64,000 nucleotides of DNA from an uncultured Solirubrobacterales bacterium (GTDB lineage: Bacteria; Actinomycetota; Thermoleophilia; Solirubrobacterales; Solirubrobacteraceae): the NCBI GenBank assembly GCA_963719725.1, contig CAVRCU010000001.1:797416-861415 (forward strand). The letters are read 5' to 3'. Shown piece by piece: positions 54,284-64,000 of this stretch (its first letter is position 1; every line of letters starts with the position of its first letter). The translations under genes were made by a program, and so were the position numbers. A model generated the notes under the pieces. That model worked only from the letters and a program-made list of their open reading frames with translations, was not told the origin of the DNA and made no database searches.

Positions 54284-55984
54284 ATGAGCACTCCCAAGGA
54301 TGGGCACCACTGCGCGCGAGTCGCGGTCGCCATGCTGGCCAGTGCCGCAGTCCTGCTCGCGCCAGCGCCCCCGTCGGCGTCCGCGAACAGTTACCACGAC
54401 TTCCTCTGCCGCATCCCCTACGGGCCGAGTGCCGGCCGTGCGGCGCCGGTCGATGACGTCACCTACTCCACGAGCGGCACCTTCGTCTTCGCGGGCGATG
54501 GTTGCGCCGAGCGGTGGCGCGCTGTATGCGTCGATGGACGGCGAAGTCCCCCACGCCTACGGCTCGGCGGCTGGGACACGTTCACCGCGCCGGCTGGCCT
54601 TACGATCAGCGGCTTCACGCTCTGGCGCTATGAGGCCGACGGTCCCTGTCAGCCGTACGGCTCGCCGGCGTCGAACCTCGACTACAGCCCTGGTCCGCCG
54701 TCGGTGCAGGGTCTCTGCGCGCAATCGCTGGGATGCAGCGCGCGAGGAACCCTGGCAACCCATTCGACCCGTCAAACGCCGTCAGCGTCGCAAGCCTCAG
54801 CGGTGTCACGCAGATCCAGTGGAGCGGGGCGTGCGGCGGCGGACCGGGCGGCGAATGCCCGGCCTCAGGGCCCGGGACGCTCTCCTCGCAATACGACGTC
54901 TACGCGGCGGACATCGACCTCGTCGATAACACGCCGCCGACCGTGAGCAACGTAAGCGGCCCGCTGCTCGCAGGCGGGACACTGTCCGGAACCGCAGGCG
55001 GTGTCCTTCAACGCCAGTGACGCTCAGTCGGGCGTCTACGGCGGTTCGCTGATCGTCGACGGACACACGGTCGTATCGCAGATCCTTGACTCCAATGGCG
55101 GCGCGTGCCAGTCCCTGAACGTCACAACCGATGGGCAGCGTTCCTTTGAACACGCCCAGCCGTGCGAAGCGCGCTGAGCGCTAGCCTGACGCTCAACACC
55201 AACCAACTGGCGGCGGGCCACACTCGCTCGAGCTGGTCGTCGAAGACGCCGCCGGAAACAAGGCGAACGCCTATGACGGCACGATCACGACGGCTGGCCC
55301 GCCGCTGGTCGGCGTCAACGGCGGCCGTGCGCGGGCCGGAACATCGCCAACGGTGAACCATGCGCCGGGGAGGAACTGACCTGAGGTCAACGATCGCGAG
55401 CCCGCCGATGATCCCCTACGGCAAGCCCGTGACGGTACAGGGGCGTGCTGCACTGCGGCACCGTGCCGATCCGTGACGCGCGGGTCGCGATAAGCACCCC
55501 GGCGGCCCGCCGGCGCCGCGATCGACACATCTGTGGAGACCGGGCTCTGGACGGCTCGTTCTCCTACAAGGTCCCGCCCGGGCCGGATCGCGCGCTCGAC
55601 TCTCAGCTACACCGCCTACAGCGACGACCCCGGCCCCTCCGCGACCGCGACGGCGACGATCACGATCCGCCCGAGGATCAAGCTGCGGATCGGCCCTCGC
55701 ATCGCAGCAACGGGCACACGATCCACTGGAGCGGGACGGTCGCCGGCGGGCCCTACCCACCCGGGGCGTGACGCTCGACGTCGAGGTCCGCGAGGGCAGG
55801 CAGTGGCGGATCTTCGACCAGGTCGTGGCGAACCCCAAGGGCGCTTTCACTACAGCTACCGCTTCCACGCCACCACCGAACCGACGACCTACAGTTCCGC
55901 GTCACGCTGCCCGACAGCGGCTCCCAGGGCTACCCTTACACGCCCGGCGCCAGCAACCCAGTCAACGTTCACGTGGCGCCATGA
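54284..55984 (+). CDS. Secreted Ig-like protein (member 2; many frameshifts)
   Basis: Signal peptide; DNTPPTVSNVSGPLLAGGTLSG; C-terminal DNA close to members 3 and 4. Confidence 0.7.
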
Positions 55985-57600
55985 CCGAGCAGCGTCGTCG
56001 TCGCCACCGACACATGCTCCACCGGAGCTCGCGCGCAGCGAAGCCGCTCACGATGGGGATCCTCACCGTGCTGCTGGCGCTTGCGCTGGCCGCGGTCGCG
56101 CACGCGGGAACCTACGTGATCGACAACTGCCCCTCGGCGCCGGGAGCCAACGAAAATGCGGGGCCGTGGACCGTGTTCGGCGCCCCCCAAAACGTGAAAG
56201 GCACCTGCACCGGAGGCCCGGGAAACTGGATCGGCCCCCTGGGCGGCAGTATGTCTCCCGCGACTGTCGATGGGGTCCAGGTGGCCGTGCCCGCTGGGAG
56301 CGATGACACGATCCGTGGAGCAAAGGTCTGGTGGTACGTGCCCCAGCAGACCTCGGGGGCGACCACGTTTGCGATCGCGGGAGTCAACACCGGCGGCGTC
56401 GAGGAAGCCGGCACGCCAAAAGACAGCAGGATCACCCCCGACGAATGGGCGCTCCCGTCCGACACAACCGAGTTGACGCTCGCCGACTACTGCTCAAATG
56501 ACGATGCGGGCGCAGGCTGCTCGTTCGGGACGGGAGAGAATCCCGATCTCGAGCTGCTCGGCGCCCAGCTCACGCTCGAAGACAACAGCTCGCCCAGCGC
56601 CACGGTCACGGGCGGCGCGCTCGCAGGGTCAGGCACGCTGTCGGGCACGGACGCCCTCACCTACACCGCCCAGGACGGCGACTCGGGCGTTCGTGTCGTG
56701 CAGTTGCTGCTCGACGGCAAGGCGGTGGCCGAACACGACTATCTCGCCGAATGCGCCTACCAGAACTTCGCGGCGTGCCCAACGAGCCTGTCCGGCGAAC
56801 TGCGTTGGAGCACGACCAGCGCGGCTAACGGCACCCATGAAGTGAGCCTGCGCGTCGTGAGCACCGCCGGAGAGGCCGCGGTCGTCGATGACCACACGAT
56901 CACACTCAACAACCCGCCGATCGGCGTCAACGGCGGACTGCGCGGTCCGCGCGTCGCCAACGGCGAACCTTGCGCCGGGGAGGAACTGAACGTGCAGGTC
57001 AACGGCAGGGCAAAGCCGCCGGTGATCCCCTACGGCAAGCCCGTGACGATCAGAGGCGTGCTGCACTGCGGCACCGTGCCGATCCGAAACGCGCGGGTCG
57101 TGATCGCCAGCCTCGGCGGCCCGCGCGGCGCGGCGATCGACACCTCAGTTCAGACGGCGCTGGACGGCTCGTTCTCCTACAAGGTCCCCACCGGGCCGGA
57201 TCGCAGGCTCGCACTCTCCTACACCGCCTACAGCAACGATCCCGGACCGTCCGCGACGGCGACCGTGAACGTCGCGATCGCCGCGAGAATCAGGCTGAAG
57301 ATCACTCCGCACCGCAGCAGTAACCAGCACACGATGCACTGGAGCGGCGCGCTCGGCGGCGGGCCGTATCCGGACGCGGGGGTCACGCTGGACGCGGAGG
57401 TGCGCAGCGGAGATCACTGGCGGTTCTTCGCCCAGGTCATCGCCAATCGCAAGGGCACCTTTCACTACAGCTATCGGTTCCACGCCACCACCGAACCGAC
57501 GACCTACACGTTCCGCCTCGTGCTGCCTTACACCGGCGCGCGCGGCTACCCCTACGCCGCCGGCGTGAGTAACCGCGTCGATGTGCACGTGACCCTATGA
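55981..57600 (+). CDS. Secreted Ig-like protein (member 3)
   Basis: LLALALAAVAHA signal; C-terminal block NGEPCAGEEL...FHYSYRFHATTEPT...SNRVDVHV. Confidence 0.85.
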   Translation: MTEQRRRRHRHMLHRSSRAAKPLTMGILTVLLALALAAVAHAGTYVIDNCPSAPGANENAGPWTVFGAPQNVKGTCTGGPGNWIGPLGGSMSPATVDGVQVAVPAGSDDTIRGAKVWWYVPQQTSGATTFAIAGVNTGGVEEAGTPKDSRITPDEWALPSDTTELTLADYCSNDDAGAGCSFGTGENPDLELLGAQLTLEDNSSPSATVTGGALAGSGTLSGTDALTYTAQDGDSGVRVVQLLLDGKAVAEHDYLAECAYQNFAACPTSLSGELRWSTTSAANGTHEVSLRVVSTAGEAAVVDDHTITLNNPPIGVNGGLRGPRVANGEPCAGEELNVQVNGRAKPPVIPYGKPVTIRGVLHCGTVPIRNARVVIASLGGPRGAAIDTSVQTALDGSFSYKVPTGPDRRLALSYTAYSNDPGPSATATVNVAIAARIRLKITPHRSSNQHTMHWSGALGGGPYPDAGVTLDAEVRSGDHWRFFAQVIANRKGTFHYSYRFHATTEPTTYTFRLVLPYTGARGYPYAAGVSNRVDVHVTL

Positions 57601-59294
57601 GCGCCTGTGCGTGCCATCGTCCACATCGGCTCGCGGGGAGGGCCCTCGCCGTGCTGCCCGGCGTCGTATGCCTGCTCGTCGTGGTTTCGGCTGCTCGGGC
57701 GGGCACGTTCACGGCTCTCACCTGCCACGACTCGGGCGGGAACGCGATCGGGACGCCGGGATGGAGCGTCGGAGCAGCCGACGGCCAGTACATCACGTTC
57801 CAGTCGAGCTGCGCTAGCGGCGGCCAAGGGTGGTTTGGGCTTACGATGGGGCCAAATCCGACCGGCGAATATTACAACGGCAACGGCAACACGATGACCT
57901 ACTCCGTGCCGGCGGGCCTTGAGATCCTCGACTACAGCCTCGGGCTCTCTGCCTTCGGTGGCCCGTGCGGGATTCAGGACGGGCAGTGCGCCGACGGGTT
58001 CGGCCAGGTGTTCGTCAACCACACAGGCCAGAGCGACCCCAACTACGACTATCGCAACCTCGGATACGGCGCCGCCACGACGACCGTGGCCGCGAGCGGG
58101 CTGAGCGGCGTCAGCGGCGTGACCGTCGGCGTGAGCTGTGACCCGGGACAGGACCTCAGCTACCCGTGCCCGGGCTCAGCGGACCCCGAGGCGCAGGCCC
58201 TCGTGAGCAGCGGAGCCTTCACGCTGCTGGACTCGACCGTCCCGTCGGTCTCGAACGTCTCTGGGTCGCTGCTCGCGGGCAGCACGCTCACCGGGACGGA
58301 CACGGTCAACTTCACGGCCTCAGACAGCGGCGGCGGGATCTACAGCGCCACCGTGCTCGTCGACGGCCGCACCGTCGTCCATGAGGTCCCCGACGACAAC
58401 GGCGGACTGTGCGTGAACCTCGCGCCCGCATCGAGCGCGACGATGGATTTCGCCTCCCCCCAGCCATGCGTGAGCAGCGAGAACATCAGCATCCCCCTCG
58501 ACACGACGCAGTTCGCCGCCGGCCAGCACCACCTGCAGGTGCTGGCCACCGACGCCGCCGGCGATCAGGCGATCGCCTACGACGGCACGATCACGACCAG
58601 CGGCCCGCCGCTCGTCGGCGCCAACGGCGGCCTGCGCGGCCCGCACATCGCCAACGGCGAACCCTGCGCCGGGGAGGAACTGAACGTTCAGGTCAACCGC
58701 AAGGCAAAGCCGCCGGTGATCCCCTACGGCGAGCCCGTGACGATCAGGGGAGTGCTGCACTGCGGCACGGTGCCGATCCGAAACGCTCGCGTCGCGATCC
58801 TGACGATCGGCGGCCCGCGCGGCGCGGCGATCAACACTTCCGTTCAGACGGCGCTCGACGGCTCGTTCTCCTACCGCGTGCCGGAGGGTCCGGATCGCAC
58901 ATTGCAGTTCTCCTACACCGCCTACAGCGACGATCCTGGCCCGTCGGCGACGGCTACCGCCGCGATCATGATTCGCCCCCGAATCAGGCTCAGGATCGTG
59001 CCCCGCCGGGCCAGCGACGGAAGCACGATCCATTGGAAGGGAACGATCTCCGGCGGACCGTATCCCCGCCACGGCGTCGGGCTCGTCGTGGAGGTCAAAT
59101 ATGGCAAGGGCTGGAGGAGCTTTGACCAGATCGTCGCCAACCGCAAGGGCACCTTTCACTACAGCTACCGCTTCCACGCCACCACCGAACCGACGAGCTA
59201 CACGTTCCGCGTGAGCCTCCCGGACGTGGGCTCCGCAGGCTATCCTTACACGCCGGGCGCGAGTAACCAGGTCAACGTCCGCGTCACACCATGA
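57597..59294 (+). CDS. Secreted Ig-like protein (member 4)
   Basis: Signal ending AARA; same C-terminal block; ATGA overlap. Confidence 0.85.
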   Translation: MSACACHRPHRLAGRALAVLPGVVCLLVVVSAARAGTFTALTCHDSGGNAIGTPGWSVGAADGQYITFQSSCASGGQGWFGLTMGPNPTGEYYNGNGNTMTYSVPAGLEILDYSLGLSAFGGPCGIQDGQCADGFGQVFVNHTGQSDPNYDYRNLGYGAATTTVAASGLSGVSGVTVGVSCDPGQDLSYPCPGSADPEAQALVSSGAFTLLDSTVPSVSNVSGSLLAGSTLTGTDTVNFTASDSGGGIYSATVLVDGRTVVHEVPDDNGGLCVNLAPASSATMDFASPQPCVSSENISIPLDTTQFAAGQHHLQVLATDAAGDQAIAYDGTITTSGPPLVGANGGLRGPHIANGEPCAGEELNVQVNRKAKPPVIPYGEPVTIRGVLHCGTVPIRNARVAILTIGGPRGAAINTSVQTALDGSFSYRVPEGPDRTLQFSYTAYSDDPGPSATATAAIMIRPRIRLRIVPRRASDGSTIHWKGTISGGPYPRHGVGLVVEVKYGKGWRSFDQIVANRKGTFHYSYRFHATTEPTSYTFRVSLPDVGSAGYPYTPGASNQVNVRVTP

Positions 59295-59830
59295 CCAGCG
59301 GACCTCGTGACACGGCGCTCATCCCCCGTCGTGCTGGGGCTGATCGGCGTGCTGCTGTTGACGGCGGCTATCTGTGGCATTACGCGGCCCCGAACGGCTC
59401 GACGATCGCAGGGGAACGCTGTCGCTGAACCTCTACAGCCGCCGAGGAGCAGGCGTACATAGCGACGCCGGCCAACTCCTACCCGAGCGATGTCGTGATG
59501 AACTGCCAGTTCAACCTGCCGCGCTCGGAAAACGGACTCGACGGTGGGCCCTTTCGGCGGCACTGTGGCGATCGACCATACCGGCGGCACGAACATCTAC
59601 GCCGAGGCGTAGTGCCTGGACAACCACGGACCCCGACCGAATCCTGCTCTGCGGGCGGCGGCGGCCAACGCCGTCAACGCCCAAGCGACCATCTACGCCG
59701 CTGACATCGAGCTCGCGAACGAATCGACCCCCAGCGCGAGCGGCTTCTCAGGACCTTTGCTTGCGGGAGCCGCAAGCGGGACGGCGGGCCTGAGCTTTGA
59801 CGCCCAGGACCCCGGCGGACCGGACGCCGA
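59291..59830 (+). pseudogene. Truncated fifth array member
   Basis: ATGA-coupled start; fragments VVLGLIGVLLL and IYAADIELANESTPSASGFSGPLLAG..GTAGLSFDAQDPGGP; homology then stops. Confidence 0.6.
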
Positions 59831-60071
59831 GTCCCTTTGCCAGCGCGACGATCACGTCGAAGCGTATTTGGGGATCGCCTCACGGCCGCTGCCGATCTGA
59901 ATCGAGCACAGGTCGAGGACCGTTTGGTCGATGCCGGCGGTGCTCGGCCAGCGCCTGTGGCCGAGAGTGCGAGATCGCTCGGATTGCTAGCGAAGCGGAG
60001 GCCGCGTGTCGAGGCTGAAGCTCGTGACGTCTGAGCGTAGGGCGAGAGCCGCTGGCCCGCTTGCCAATCGC

Positions 60072-60311
60072 CTACTGCGCTGCCTCGTGTTCTTCGATGC
60101 GTTGGGCGAGCTCCGCGAGTGACCAGCCGAGCGCCGCAGCGATGCGCCTGGCGAGCCCAAAGCTCGGATTATCCCCGTCCTCGACCCTCGAGACACGAGC
60201 CTGGTCGGTGTCAGCGGCGAGTGCTACGACCTCTTGGGTCTGGCCGAGCTCGATGCGTCGCTTGCGGATCACTTCCCCGAGGGCAGGCTGAGGGTCGAGG
60301 CGTTGCGCCAT
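60072..60311 (-). CDS. XRE family HTH regulator
   Basis: PQPALGEVIRKRRIELGQTQEVVALAA...VSRVEDGDNPS. Confidence 0.85.
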   Translation of the reverse strand: MAQRLDPQPALGEVIRKRRIELGQTQEVVALAADTDQARVSRVEDGDNPSFGLARRIAAALGWSLAELAQRIEEHEAAQ

Positions 60312-60410
60312 CGCCGGAACCCTGAGACCTACGCCTATCCATTACCATGCGTTTATGCATATTGGATGCGCGGACTTCTGTTCGAGGCGAAGGGCGACCG
60401 ATCAATGGTG

Positions 60411-60680
60411 TCAGCGCAGCGGCTCGTTGGTGGGCCGTCGGTCGACGGTCTCCAGCTCCTCGGCCTTGCGGGCGAGTTCGTGCAGCGCGAGGCCGAGGGC
60501 TCGTGAGACGCGGTCAGCGACATCCCAGGTCGGATTGGCGACACCCCGCTCGAGACCTCGTATGGAGGTGGCATCGAGGTCGGTAGCATCGGCGAGGGCC
60601 TCCTGGGTCAGCCCGATCTCTTCGCGGCGCAGCCGAATCGCGCGGCCGAGGGCTACCTGGGGAGTTTGGCTGATCCGCAC
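60411..60680 (-). CDS. XRE family HTH regulator (paralogue)
   Basis: PQVALGRAIRLRREEIGLTQEALADA...LERGVANPTW; start uncertain. Confidence 0.85.
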   Translation of the reverse strand: MRISQTPQVALGRAIRLRREEIGLTQEALADATDLDATSIRGLERGVANPTWDVADRVSRALGLALHELARKAEELETVDRRPTNEPLR

Positions 60681-60990
60681 GCCTGAACCCTGCGTGGCGA
60701 AGCCCACCATGACCAGGGAACAAGTTCCCGGTAGAGTCTCCGCGACCATGTTCCTCGGTCGTGTCAGCCATCTCGCGTTCTCGGTCAGCGATCTTGGCTC
60801 GCGGGATCTGGCGGGCAGCACGAATCGCCTCCAATGGCGATCGACGTGCCGCCTATGTCGTCATGTTCGGCCATCCAGTAACGTACCCGACCGCAATGGC
60901 CGAACTTCCGCGCTATATCCGGTGCCACCAGGCAATGTCTGCCGCATCCGCACCAGTCGTCTGGTCCTGCGCAAGTACGGGATCTCCTCG

Positions 60991-61506
60991 GTGACTGCTC
61001 TCACACTAACCCCACGCGCGAATCACCTGCTTACCATCCTGATTGCAGGGCTTACGGTAGCCCTGAGCGCGGCTCCGGGCGCAAGAGCCTTCGCGGTCGC
61101 CAGAGACCGTCCACAACACAGCACCCCAAGAGCGGTAGCAGCGGGAGCGACTGTCAACGAGACAGCAAGCATGCACCTAGTAAGTCATCGTGGAACCAAG
61201 ATACTGCAGGAGGAAGGCCAAGCCTCGGGCACACTGCATGGCCGGATAACGGCGACGATCAAGATCGGATACGCCGAGGCGACGGTCACCTTTACCGCCC
61301 GGTCGTCCTCTGGCACTCTTACTGGGACAGGCGTCGAGTCTTACTACGTGTCTGGGAAAATCGGACACTTCAGCGGGCACATGACCGTTACCGGAGGGAC
61401 CGGTAGCTACGCACACGCGCCCGGTTCAAGCCTGCAGACCACTGGGCTAATCCATCGCACCCACTATGAAGCCCAGATGACCGTCGCCGGCACACTCAGG
61501 TCATAA
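60991..61506 (+). CDS. Small secreted beta-rich protein
   Basis: Signal-like LLTILIAGLTVALSAAPGARA; Gly/Thr-rich strands, VTGGTGSYAHA. Confidence 0.65.
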   Translation: MTALTLTPRANHLLTILIAGLTVALSAAPGARAFAVARDRPQHSTPRAVAAGATVNETASMHLVSHRGTKILQEEGQASGTLHGRITATIKIGYAEATVTFTARSSSGTLTGTGVESYYVSGKIGHFSGHMTVTGGTGSYAHAPGSSLQTTGLIHRTHYEAQMTVAGTLRS

Positions 61507-61507
61507 C

Positions 61508-62302
61508 ATGATTAGGCGCGCAATCACAACGGCGACGCTCGTCCTCGCGCTCGTCGGCATTCTCGCCGCTCACGCAGCCGCAGTAGAGAAAGTGAAGCTG
61601 AATGCGAGCTTCTCTCCCGATCGGCTAGGCGCAAGCACCACCGTGCGCTTTGGGTTCACCATCAACTCAAGCACAAGCAAGGTCCCGGCGGCCGTTACCG
61701 ACGTACAGCTCTTTCTGCCAGCCGGCATGGGCCTTGGGACAACCGATTTGGGGGAAGCGACCTGCAATCCTCGACTGCTGCTCGAACTCGGCCCAGCCGA
61801 AGGGTGCTCCCCGAACTCTCGCATGGGGCTGGGAACCGCGACAGTGGAAATACCCACGGGCGACCCAGTCCAAGTCTCGGCAAATGTGACGGTATACATG
61901 ACAGTTCCGCACGAAGAACACACGACACTGCTCCTCTACGCGGAAACTGCCACTCCCGTCGAGGCGGCATTCGTGTTTCCAACCCAGCTACTTCCAACCA
62001 ATGGAGCCTACGGTGCGGAGATGCACACCGAAATGCCGCTCATCACATCATGGCCCGAAGGCCCTCCCGTCTCCATTATTCACATGGAAACCTCGCTTGG
62101 ACCGAGCGAAATCACGTACTACACCCGCAGGCACGGCAAGCTGGTCGGATACAAGCCAGAAGGAATGGCCGTGCCAGAACATTGCCCGCGCGGTGGCTTC
62201 CCGTTCCATGCCGCCTACCGCTTTAGCGACGGCAGCGCCGCCGAAGCAACAACAAGGATTCCTTGCCCTCCGAGCCGTGCCACGCGCCATCACAAACACT
62301 AG
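61508..62302 (+). CDS. Secreted hypothetical protein
   Basis: MIRRAITTATLVLALVGILAAHAAA signal; four Cys; CPRGGFPF motif. Confidence 0.75.
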   Translation: MIRRAITTATLVLALVGILAAHAAAVEKVKLNASFSPDRLGASTTVRFGFTINSSTSKVPAAVTDVQLFLPAGMGLGTTDLGEATCNPRLLLELGPAEGCSPNSRMGLGTATVEIPTGDPVQVSANVTVYMTVPHEEHTTLLLYAETATPVEAAFVFPTQLLPTNGAYGAEMHTEMPLITSWPEGPPVSIIHMETSLGPSEITYYTRRHGKLVGYKPEGMAVPEHCPRGGFPFHAAYRFSDGSAAEATTRIPCPPSRATRHHKH

Positions 62303-62361
62303 TGCCTGTCCGGCCCGCACCCTGGCCCAACCCCGCGTAACGCGGCCGGAGGGGGCTTCGC

Positions 62362-64000
62362 GTGGGGCTGCGTAGGTCTCGTCTCGTTCTTGGCCTCTGG
62401 GCAATAGTCGTTCTCGTCTCTCTGCCTTTCGCTGCAAGGCAGTCCGACCACCTCACACTCGGTGGGTACGAAGTGCCCGGCTCACAATCGGCCCGGGTGA
62501 ACGCTACCCTTGGCCGTGACTTCCCACGCATCAGCCGTACCAATCTCGCGGTGCTCCTTTGGCCGAGGCGCGGCGCTACGGTCGACGCGATCAACAAGGA
62601 CATCCATCGGGTCGAAGTCGCACTCCACGCCCTGTCCGGCGTTGAACTAACAAACCAGGCACGTGAACAGGCCCGCTTCGCGTCCGGGCTGGTCGGCCCG
62701 ATCATCATCCCGTTGCAGGTCACAGCCACCGAATATCGCGCCCCCGACATCGTCCAGCGGCTCCGAACACGGTTGAGAGTCGGCGAGGGCTCCCCAGGCC
62801 ACGTCGAAGTCCACCTTCTGGGTGAGAGCGCCCTCGCAGCAGCTGTTGCCCAGACGTCAAGGCAACAGCTCGCAAAGGCGGAGCGCATCGGGTTGCCCGT
62901 ACTCCTCATCGTCCTGTTCTTGATCTTCGGTTCGGTCGCTGCTGCGGTTCTGCCTCTTGCACTTGCCGCTGTCGCACTCGTCGTTTCAGGAGCGTTGATC
63001 TATTTTCTCTCGCTCGCCACCGAACTCTCGGTGTTCAGCGTCACCACCGCGTCGATGTTCGGCATTGGTGTAGCCGTGGATTACTCCCTTATTGTTCTGG
63101 CGCGCGTGAGGCAGGAGTTGCGTGCGGGTCGCGACTTGGTCCACGCACGAGATATCGCACGCGCGACTGCGGGGAGGGCCGTAATCTTCTCCGGGCTTAC
63201 GGTCGTCGCGTCGCTCACCGCCGTTTGGGTGGTTCCCGTTGACGCACTTCGTTCGATGGCGGTGGGCGCCATGATCGTTGTGGCGGTCTCCGTGGTCGCG
63301 TCTACAACGCTCCTGCCGTCGCTAATGTCGACCATCGGCGCTCGGAGGCTGAGCCGACGCTTCCTCGCAGAGCGAGAACGGCCACGCGTGTTGGCTCATT
63401 TCAGTTGGCAGCGATGGACGAAAGCGGTGGTCGGGCATCCCCTGGCCGCGATCGTCCTGATCGGAGGCGCTCTATTGGTATTCGCCGTGCCGGCGCTTCG
63501 GATGCGGACCAATACAGGCACGCTGCTGCAGCTCAGCAGCGAGAACGAGACACGGCTTGGCTTCACCGAGGCGGAGAAGGAAGAGGGGCCAGGCACCCTC
63601 GGGCCAGTAGTCGTGACCCTGCACGCGGCGGATGACCTCAGCCGTCAGTCACGCCTGCATCACTCGACGGTCGTGCTTCGACACCTAGCCAGTGAACTGC
63701 ACGGGGTCGAAGAAGTCGGTCAGATACGTATCTCGAGCGATCATGCCTACTCGACCTTCATAGTCGTACCCACCGACAATCCGGAATCGCCGGACGCAGA
63801 ACACATAGTCAAGACGCTGCGCAAAGCTGCTCCGAAGCTCCTAACCGGCGAGTCCGTGACCGCGGCAATCGGTGGAGCCCCAGCAAGCATCTTGGACCAA
63901 GCGCAAACCGTCGCATCGAGCATGTGGAAGATACTCGCTGTGCTGTTGGCAACCGCGTTCGTGATTCTGATGTTCGTCTTCCGATCGCTGCTGATCCCGC
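62362..64000 (+). CDS. MMPL/RND family transporter (runs off window; start uncertain)
   Basis: Manual translation: GGYEVPGSQS, AERIGLPV..IVLFLIFGSV, GIGVAVDYSL, TAGRAVIFSGLTV. Confidence 0.9.
   Translation, partial: MGLRRSRLVLGLWAIVVLVSLPFAARQSDHLTLGGYEVPGSQSARVNATLGRDFPRISRTNLAVLLWPRRGATVDAINKDIHRVEVALHALSGVELTNQAREQARFASGLVGPIIIPLQVTATEYRAPDIVQRLRTRLRVGEGSPGHVEVHLLGESALAAAVAQTSRQQLAKAERIGLPVLLIVLFLIFGSVAAAVLPLALAAVALVVSGALIYFLSLATELSVFSVTTASMFGIGVAVDYSLIVLARVRQELRAGRDLVHARDIARATAGRAVIFSGLTVVASLTAVWVVPVDALRSMAVGAMIVVAVSVVASTTLLPSLMSTIGARRLSRRFLAERERPRVLAHFSWQRWTKAVVGHPLAAIVLIGGALLVFAVPALRMRTNTGTLLQLSSENETRLGFTEAEKEEGPGTLGPVVVTLHAADDLSRQSRLHHSTVVLRHLASELHGVEEVGQIRISSDHAYSTFIVVPTDNPESPDAEHIVKTLRKAAPKLLTGESVTAAIGGAPASILDQAQTVASSMWKILAVLLATAFVILMFVFRSLLIP

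Noticed and set aside
55300..59294. Near-identical 3' regions of the Ig array as a diversity-generating retroelement or shufflon
   Set aside because: No reverse transcriptase in the window, all copies are coding and co-oriented, and the differences are not evidently adenine-specific.

Overview
High-GC actinobacterial chromosome segment. Gene content and protein sequences suggest Thermoleophilia/Solirubrobacterales; this is an inference. From ~28.5 kb onward many otherwise normal genes carry single-base frameshifts and there is a poly-C tract, which looks like low-coverage long-read error. 1-25 kb is the minus-strand core cluster rpmG-secE-nusG-rplK-rplA-rplJ-rplL-rpoB-rpoC-[3 genes]-rpsL-rpsG-[tandem TetR, PucR, MFS, MarR]-fusA-tuf-rpsJ. 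25-39 kb holds AIM24, a Ca2+/H+ antiporter, an FAH-family enzyme, a CP-ATP-grasp/alpha-E/transglutaminase operon, a DUF3800 gene with an adjacent structured RNA, clpP, an aldo-keto reductase, pgsA, folE2, an RpoD-like sigma factor and tRNA-Tyr. 39.4-64 kb is an accessory region built around tRNA-Thr(GGT). It contains IS3 and IS630 elements, two tyrosine integrases, an active/degenerate AAA-ATPase pair, a RelE-like/RHH pair, an S8 protease followed by five paralogous secreted Ig-like proteins, and an MMPL gene. The most striking observation is a tRNA-Thr gene split into halves on opposite strands. The promoter and 5' half lie inside a ~270-bp segment bounded by inverted anticodon-loop repeats next to a tyrosine recombinase, so one inversion would rejoin the halves. 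An intact tRNA-Thr with different stem sequences lies 7 kb away.
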